A stretch of 64,000 nucleotides of DNA, taken from positions 544,328 through 608,327 of the forward strand of contig NZ_JASGFK010000002.1 in NCBI RefSeq assembly GCF_047605585.1, given 5' to 3'. Positions 57,987-64,000 of this stretch are shown piece after piece. The position numbers and the translations under genes are program-made. How positions within the stretch are numbered: position 1 is the first letter of the stretch; every line of letters starts with the position of its first letter. This DNA is from Asticcacaulis sp. Lineage in GTDB: Bacteria > Pseudomonadota > Alphaproteobacteria > Caulobacterales > Caulobacteraceae. The notes beneath the pieces were generated by a model. That model had not been told where the DNA came from and made no database searches. It saw only the letters and a list, made by a program, of their open reading frames with translations.

Positions 57987-60602
57987 TTATCGACGCCACC
58001 AGCCGCGCTTGGGCTTTTCCGGCGGCGCGCTGATCTCGTTCGGATCAACAACCGGGTCAGTTGCCACAGGTTCCGGCGCGGCGACCGCTACCGTTTCCGT
58101 TACGACCTCGGCCAAGACCGGTTCCGCTACGACCTCGGCCACCTTCTTGCGGCTGCGGCTCTTACGGGCCGGCTTGGGTGTTTCCGCCTCGATCACCGGC
58201 GCTTCCGTGGCGGCAAAAGCCGCTTCGCTATCGACATCGACATCGTGGGTCAGCGGCATGGGCGCCGTATTGTTGGCCGCGGCCACTTCATCGACCACCT
58301 GCGCCACAGCGTCTTCTACGGTTTCCGGCACGGCCTTGCGGCTGCGGCGCGGGCGCGGACGACGGCCGGACGGCGCTTCGACACCTTCGGGCACCAGCGA
58401 GGTCGGCTGCGTGGTTTCGGCACCGAGCGCCGAGGTGACGGCTTCGGCGATGGCTACTTCCGGCGCGGCGGCTTCCTTCAGGGGCTCACGCGATGGTTCG
58501 GTCGAGCGTGGTGACTGTTCGAAGCGCTTCTGCTGTTCCTCGAACGGATCGATCCAGACATAGGGCGCTTCCAGCGACGGCGTGCGGGCGCGCACCCAGC
58601 CATAGGTCTCGCGCGGACGGCTGTCGAAACCGGCGCGACGGCCACCGCGACGACCACGGCGGCGGCGACCACGGCGCGAATCCTCGCCACCGTTTTCGTC
58701 TTCGTCATCAGATTCTTCGCTGTCGGCAGCGGCAGCCTGGTCTTCACTTTCCGGCCGGTCACGGTCACGACCGCCACGACGGCGGCGACGGCGCTTGCCG
58801 TTACGACCGCCATCGCGATCTTCACGGTCGCGACGCTGTTCGACGCGAGCTTCGCCATCGTCATCGTCGCTGTCTTCGGCCTCGATGGCCTCTTCGTCCT
58901 CTTCCTCATCTTCTTCCGCGACATCCGGCGTGGTGTCGAAGGCGATGGGTTCCGGACGCACGGGCGGAGTGAAGTCGACCTCATCGGCATGGACGGTACG
59001 GACGATCTGCACTTCGGTATGGCCCAGATCCGTATCGATCTCGATATTGACCTTCAGGCCCCATTCCAGGCGCAGTTTGGAGAGATGGACCTGCTTTTCG
59101 TTGAGGATATAGAGCGCCACATCCATGGGTAGCTTAACCGTAATGGCGCCGGCGCCATTCTGCATGGCTTCCATGTCGATGGTGCGCATGGCCGAAAGCG
59201 CGGCGGAATCCACCGAGCGGATGCGGCCCTGGCCTTCGCAGTGCGGGCAGACGATGGTGGTGCCTTCCAGGAAGCCGGTGCGACGGCGCTGGCGGCTGAT
59301 TTCCATCAGGCCGAAGCCGGAGATCTTGCCCATCTGGATGCGGGCGCGATCCTCGGCCAGCGCGTCCTTCAGCTTCTTTTCGACCGCGCGGTTGTTCTTC
59401 GATTCATCCATGTCGATGAAGTCGATGACTACGAGGCCGGCGAGATCACGCAGGCGCATCTGGCGGGCGGATTCCTCGGCCGCTTCCAGATTGGTCTTGA
59501 GCGCGGTCGCCTCAATATTACGTTCCTTGGTCGACTTGCCGGAGTTGACGTCGATGGCGACCAGGGCTTCGGTCTGGTTGATGACCAGATAGCCGCCGGA
59601 CTTCAGCGGCACGACCGGCGAATAGATCTTCGAGATCAGGTCTTCGACACCATAGCGGGCGAAGAGCGGCGTATTGGCCTTGTAGAGTTGTATCTTCTTG
59701 GCCTGGGACGGCATGATCATGCGCATGAAGTCCTTGGCGGAGCGATAGCCATCCTCGCCCTCGACCAGCACGCCGTCGAAATCCTTGTCGAACAGGTCAC
59801 GGATGGCGCGCTTGACCAGGTCTTCTTCCTCATAGATCAGTGCAGGCGCATTCGACTTGAAGGTCGTTTCACGAATGGTTTCCCAGACGCGCAGCAGATA
59901 GTCGTAGTCGCGCTTGATCTCCAGCTTGGTGCGCTTGGCGCCGGCCGTGCGCACGATCAGGCCCATGCCGTGCGGCACATCGAGGCTCTGCACCAGCGTC
60001 TTGAGGCGCTTGCGGTCGGATGAATTGGTGATCTTGCGCGAAATGCCGCCGCCACGCGCCGTATTGGGCATCAGCACGCAGTACCGGCCAGCCAGCGACA
60101 TATAGGTGGTCAGGGCCGCGCCCTTGTTGCCGCGCTCTTCCTTAACGACCTGTACGAGCAGAATCTGGCGGCGCTTGATGACTTCCTGAATCTTGTAGCG
60201 GCGGATCAGGTGCTGGCGCAGGCGGCGCTCTTCATCCGGCAGGTCGTCGTCGTGCGCGTGGTCCTCGTCCTCGCCCAGGTCTTCGTCGTCATGACCGTTG
60301 CTGTTGGCCTGCGCCTGAGCGGCGAGCTCGGCCATCAGCTTCTCGCGGTCGGCAACCGGGATCTGGTAATAGTCGGGGTGAATTTCGTTGAAGGCCAGGA
60401 AGCCATGGCGATTGCCGCCATATTCGACAAAGGCGGCCTGGAGGCTGGGCTCCACGCGCGTGACCTTGGCGAGATAGATATTGCCGCGCAATTGCTTGCG
60501 AGCGTGGCTTTCAAAATCAAACTCTTCGACGCGGCTTCCGTTCATCACGACGACACGGGTTTCTTCCGTGTGCGTCGAGTCGATCAACATGGTCTTTGAC
60601 AT
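57987..60602 (-). CDS. rne: Ribonuclease E. Start at MSKTMLID…
   Basis: S1 domain and catalytic core (…GNIYLAKVTRVEPSLQAAFVEYG…), Arg-rich and acidic low-complexity scaffold region. Confidence 0.93.
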   Translation of the reverse strand: MSKTMLIDSTHTEETRVVVMNGSRVEEFDFESHARKQLRGNIYLAKVTRVEPSLQAAFVEYGGNRHGFLAFNEIHPDYYQIPVADREKLMAELAAQAQANSNGHDDEDLGEDEDHAHDDDLPDEERRLRQHLIRRYKIQEVIKRRQILLVQVVKEERGNKGAALTTYMSLAGRYCVLMPNTARGGGISRKITNSSDRKRLKTLVQSLDVPHGMGLIVRTAGAKRTKLEIKRDYDYLLRVWETIRETTFKSNAPALIYEEEDLVKRAIRDLFDKDFDGVLVEGEDGYRSAKDFMRMIMPSQAKKIQLYKANTPLFARYGVEDLISKIYSPVVPLKSGGYLVINQTEALVAIDVNSGKSTKERNIEATALKTNLEAAEESARQMRLRDLAGLVVIDFIDMDESKNNRAVEKKLKDALAEDRARIQMGKISGFGLMEISRQRRRTGFLEGTTIVCPHCEGQGRIRSVDSAALSAMRTIDMEAMQNGAGAITVKLPMDVALYILNEKQVHLSKLRLEWGLKVNIEIDTDLGHTEVQIVRTVHADEVDFTPPVRPEPIAFDTTPDVAEEDEEEDEEAIEAEDSDDDDGEARVEQRRDREDRDGGRNGKRRRRRRGGRDRDRPESEDQAAAADSEESDDEDENGGEDSRRGRRRRGRRGGRRAGFDSRPRETYGWVRARTPSLEAPYVWIDPFEEQQKRFEQSPRSTEPSREPLKEAAAPEVAIAEAVTSALGAETTQPTSLVPEGVEAPSGRRPRPRRSRKAVPETVEDAVAQVVDEVAAANNTAPMPLTHDVDVDSEAAFAATEAPVIEAETPKPARKSRSRKKVAEVVAEPVLAEVVTETVAVAAPEPVATDPVVDPNEISAPPEKPKRGWWRR

Positions 60603-61230
60603 TAAAGGTATCTCCGGAGCGCTCGGACGCATCCATCCGCCGGACCTTGGGCCGGGCGGGGAAAAAGGCGTGGCGCTGATAGGGGGTAAGCAGGCGCGCG
60701 CAGGCGAAGACAGGTTTGCCAATGTGGCTTGGCAGGAAGTTTGTCTTCGGTAAGCGGTTGAGGCTCAAGGCGCAGCCCATAAGGTATTGTTCCAAAACGC
60801 GATGCCTACGCATCGGATGCGCAGGCGAATAAGGGTGTGATGCGGGTTCCGGGCGAAAGGTGCTTTCATTTCTCCGGCGTAGCCACCGGAACGGGCATGA
60901 AGGCGAAATAGGCGCGCGGTACTCTTACCACAAGGGTTCGTCATAATCAGTCGGCGAAAAGTCTGCGCTTTGGCCGGACTCATGACGGACGATACCCGTA
61001 TGTCACATGTTCGCAAAATAGGCGAGCCGTCAATCTAATTCTTTAAATGCATCATTTGCGACACAATTTCCGCCAGCCCCGCGAGGCTCTTAACGGGATA
61101 GAAACCATATTGGGTAATGCAAAAGTAACCGTACCCTTTAATCGTATTTCTACAACCTTGTGGCAAGGTAAAGGGGAGTGCCGGAGAACCCTGGCTAAAA
61201 ACACACATAATGTGGTGCGTGGAGTTTTGA
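60603..61230 (-). promoter_or_regulatory. Unusually long rne upstream / 5' leader region, shared with the divergent amiC promoter
   Basis: 628 bp of non-coding sequence before the rne start. RNase E genes are classically autoregulated through long structured 5' UTRs. Only short, low-complexity ORFs are predicted here. Confidence 0.4.
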
Positions 61231-62475
61231 ATGTTGCGACGGTCTGACGTCTTTGCCAATCTCAGAAATCACCTGAAGGCCATGCTCGGCGCCGTGTTGG
61301 TCACGGGGCTGGCAGGTGCGGCGGCCCTTACGGCGATGCCGGCTCAGGCGGCCAAGGGCGGAGATGTTGTCAAGGTGCGTCTGGGGGGCGATGCGACCCA
61401 GACCCGTATCGTCCTGGAGCTGGATAAATCCGTCGCCGCCAAGCTGGTCTCGCGCGAAAACGAAACCAGCCGTCAGGTGATTGCCTTGCCGGATATCGAT
61501 CTGGACAAGACCATGAGCGGGCAGGGCCAGGGGCTCGTCAGCGACTGGAAGATCGAGGACATGGCCGGCAGCGTCCGCCTGAAGCTCAATTTCACCTCCG
61601 GCGCCAAGATCTATCGCCGCTTCCTTTTGCCGCCTGCCGATGGCGTCAGCGTCTACCGTTACGTGATCGATATCGTGCCTCAGGGCACGGAAAAGACGCC
61701 GGATGCCGCCAGCCAGCTTCTGGCGACCGTGCCGGTCGTGGCTTCGGCGCCCGTTGTTTCTGAAATGCCGGTCAGCACCAAGGGCCGAAAGAAAGTTATC
61801 GTGATCGATGCCGGCCATGGCGGCAAGGACCCCGGCGCCCACGGCGGCGACACGCTGGAAAAAGACGTCAACCTGGCGGCTGCCAAGGCGCTGCGCGCGG
61901 CGCTGGAAAAGACCGGCCGTTACACCGTCATCATGACCCGTGACACCGACAGCTTCGTCGACCTGCCGGCGCGTGTCCGCATCGCCCGTTCCGCCAATGC
62001 CGACCTGTTCATCTCGCTGCACTCCGACTCGGGCGGCGACGGCAATACCCGAGGCGCTTCCATCTATACCCTGTCGGATTCCGGCACCGAACGCGCCGCC
62101 AAGAAGGCCTTGGTCAAGGGCGACTGGTCGCAGGGCACGCCGCCGTCCGACGCTATCGTTAGCCGCATACTGATCGACCTGACCCAGCGCGCCACCAAGA
62201 ACCGTTCGGCCACCTTCGCCCAACTTGTCATGGACAATATTGGCGACTCGACCCCGCTGCTGAAGTCTAGCCTGCGCCAGGCCGGTTTCGTCGTCCTGCT
62301 GGCCCCGGATGTGCCGGCCGTGCTGCTGGAAATGGGCTTCGTCAACAATCCGCAGGATGAGGCCATGCTCACCGATTCGGGCCATCGCGCTGTCATGATG
62401 GGGCAGGTGGCCAAGGCGATCGACAAGTATTTCGAGAACAATGTCCAGTATGCCTCGTTCGCCGGCCTGAATTAA
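61231..62475 (+). CDS. amiC: N-acetylmuramoyl-L-alanine amidase (AmiC type, Amidase_3 with N-terminal AMIN-like domain)
   Basis: Signal peptide. Amidase_3 catalytic block …VIVIDAGHGGKDPGA…FISLHSD…. Confidence 0.88.
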   Translation: MLRRSDVFANLRNHLKAMLGAVLVTGLAGAAALTAMPAQAAKGGDVVKVRLGGDATQTRIVLELDKSVAAKLVSRENETSRQVIALPDIDLDKTMSGQGQGLVSDWKIEDMAGSVRLKLNFTSGAKIYRRFLLPPADGVSVYRYVIDIVPQGTEKTPDAASQLLATVPVVASAPVVSEMPVSTKGRKKVIVIDAGHGGKDPGAHGGDTLEKDVNLAAAKALRAALEKTGRYTVIMTRDTDSFVDLPARVRIARSANADLFISLHSDSGGDGNTRGASIYTLSDSGTERAAKKALVKGDWSQGTPPSDAIVSRILIDLTQRATKNRSATFAQLVMDNIGDSTPLLKSSLRQAGFVVLLAPDVPAVLLEMGFVNNPQDEAMLTDSGHRAVMMGQVAKAIDKYFENNVQYASFAGLN

Positions 62476-62506
62476 AAAAGCGATATAACGCCTTGATAAA
62501 ATTGAA

Positions 62507-62534
62507 GCCCTGCTGTTTGCGGCAGGGCTTTTTT
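62507..62534 (+). terminator. Rho-independent terminator downstream of amiC
   Basis: GCCCTGC-tgtttgc-GGCAGGGC stem, followed by TTTTTT. Confidence 0.8.
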
Positions 62535-62717
62535 CTTGGCCGTTGTTCAAGGTGCGTTGGATTTGCGGCACATCGGCGGCATCTGGACGAATTTTCATCG
62601 AATGGCTTTGCGTCAGTGCCGGTCTTTGCTAAGTGTTAGCCATTGATGCGCTCACAGGCCGCGCAGAAGCTTCAGGACTTTAGCTCCAGAGCTTTGAAGT
62701 TGCTGCGCATGTGATCG

Positions 62718-64000
62718 ATGGTTGGAGGTTTTTTGCAGAGGTCGACTGAGCGTTGGTTTGCCATGGCGGGCGTAGCCGTGATGACCGCTGTGGCCATAGC
62801 GGGCTTCGCGGTCGCCATCTATGCCGCATGGCTGTTCCATGACATGCCCGACGGCAGCGAACTGGCAGACTTCCATCCCGCGACGTCTGCCCGGGTCTTT
62901 GCCTGGGACGGCACGCTGATCGGTGAATACGGTCAGGAACGCCGCATCTACGTGCCCTATAACCGCATGCCGACGCGGGTCACCCAGGCTTTCCTGGCGG
63001 CCGAGGACCGCAACTTCTTCACGCACAACGGGGTCGATGTCAGCGGCGTATCGCGCGCCATGGCGAAGAACGTCTTCAACCTGCTGCGTGGCAAGCGCTT
63101 CGAAGGCGGCTCGACCATCACCCAGCAGGTCGCCAAAAACCTGCTGCTGAACAATGAGCGCACCGTCGGGCGCAAGCTCAAGGAAGTCATCCTGGCGCGG
63201 CGGCTGGAAAATTCGCTGCCGAAGGAACAGATTCTCGAACTCTATCTCAACGACATCTATCTCGGCTATCGCTCCTACGGTGTGGGGGCGGCGGCCTTCA
63301 ACTATTTCGGCAAGTCGCTGGACCAGTTGTCGCTCAGCGAAATGGCCTTCCTGGCGGCCCTGCCCAAGGGGCCGGAAAATTATCGTCCGTCCACCCACAA
63401 GGCCGCGGCCATCGCCCGCCGTAACTGGGTGCTGGGGGAAATGGCCAAGGCCGGATGGGTGACGCGCGCCGAGGCGGCGGCGGCCATGCAGGACGACCTG
63501 GTGATCCAGGACAAGCCGCGCCGCGCCAAATACCAGGACGCCGATTATTTCGTCAGCGAAGTGGAACTGCGCTCGAAGAAGCTGTTCAATGACGCCATCT
63601 ATACCGACGGCTATTATATAAAGACGACCCTCGACCCCAAGCTCCAGACCATGGCGCGCAAGTCGCTGATGGACGGGCTGGAGGTCTATGACCGCCGTCA
63701 CGGCTGGCGCGGGGCCTGGGGCAATATCCCGGTAACCGATAACTGGCAGGCCGATGCGCTGCAGGCCGAGGGTAACCTGCCGGATTCGCGCCGAGCGCCT
63801 TCCGAGCGCCCGGACTGGCAGATCGGCCTGATTGAGAAGAACAACGGCGCCGTTCGCGCGCTCGATGGCGGCCACGGTGTCATCCGTTCCGACGATCTCG
63901 CCTGGGCGCAGGCTACGCGCGCCTTCAAGGCCGGTGATCTGGTCTATATCTCAAAGGATACGGAAAGCGTCTATCGCCTGCGCCAGGTGCCCAAGGTCAA
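62718..64000 (+). CDS. mrcA: Penicillin-binding protein 1A (bifunctional transglycosylase/transpeptidase). 5' portion only; runs off the window end.
   Basis: TM anchor, then the GT51 motifs (EDRNFFTHNGVD, GGSTITQQ, RKLKE). The reading frame is open to position 64000. Not in the supplied ORF track because no stop codon falls inside the window. Confidence 0.85.
   Translation, partial: MVGGFLQRSTERWFAMAGVAVMTAVAIAGFAVAIYAAWLFHDMPDGSELADFHPATSARVFAWDGTLIGEYGQERRIYVPYNRMPTRVTQAFLAAEDRNFFTHNGVDVSGVSRAMAKNVFNLLRGKRFEGGSTITQQVAKNLLLNNERTVGRKLKEVILARRLENSLPKEQILELYLNDIYLGYRSYGVGAAAFNYFGKSLDQLSLSEMAFLAALPKGPENYRPSTHKAAAIARRNWVLGEMAKAGWVTRAEAAAAMQDDLVIQDKPRRAKYQDADYFVSEVELRSKKLFNDAIYTDGYYIKTTLDPKLQTMARKSLMDGLEVYDRRHGWRGAWGNIPVTDNWQADALQAEGNLPDSRRAPSERPDWQIGLIEKNNGAVRALDGGHGVIRSDDLAWAQATRAFKAGDLVYISKDTESVYRLRQVPKV

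Noticed and set aside
60765-61259. Small ORFs (83, 74, 66 aa) in the rne-amiC intergenic region as candidate genes
   Set aside because: Low-complexity, overlapping one another on both strands, no RBS context. More likely untranslated leader or promoter DNA, treated as regulatory region instead.
62652-63875. 407-aa ORF on the - strand
   Set aside because: Antisense to the strongly supported PBP1A (GT51) reading frame on the + strand. Low-complexity Arg/Gly/Ala composition.

Overview
This is a high-GC, gene-dense chromosomal segment whose content and gene order look alphaproteobacterial (Caulobacterales-like). It is almost entirely conserved core housekeeping genes in syntenic blocks:
- purine synthesis and DNA repair/replication: purF, cvpA, radA, dnaB
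- ribosomal proteins: rpsF-rpsR-rplI
- fatty-acid synthesis: fabD-fabG-acpP-fabF-mltG
- yicC-gmk
- LPS transport and assembly: lptF-lptG-lptD-surA-pdxA-rsmA
- pepA-holC
- ndk
- purM-purN and rnd
- polyphosphate and replication control: ppk-ppx with hda
- aspS
- aat
- accB-accC and aroQ
- thiS-thiG
- dsbA-like and an M48/TPR protease
- rne
- an AmiC-type amidase and the 5' part of a PBP1A gene.

I could find no transposase, integrase, CRISPR array, tRNA/rRNA gene or obvious defence island. I do not see a clear multi-gene 'novel system'.

What is unexplained by ordinary annotation:
1. A family of about 130-bp terminal-inverted-repeat elements with a central terminator hairpin, wedged between three convergent gene pairs and supplying their stop codons.
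2. A 925-aa protein that joins a ~700-aa N-terminal region, part of which looks NrdJ-insert-like but lacks any class II reductase catalytic motifs, to a C-terminal class II ribonucleotide reductase (NrdJ) C-terminal/TSCPD-like domain, with DnaA-box-like motifs upstream.
3. A 47-bp near-perfect duplication of the dnaB 3' end exactly 100 bp downstream of the original.
4. An alphaproteobacterial-type SOS box (GTTC-N7-GTTC) nested in a 9-bp palindrome in front of radA.
5. An AT-rich, Fur-box-like promoter island in front of a TonB-dependent receptor.
6. A sensor-less histidine kinase with a single-domain response regulator, next to an I78-inhibitor lipoprotein and a flotillin.

All functional calls rest on recognisable protein motifs in the supplied translations. 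No database search was run.
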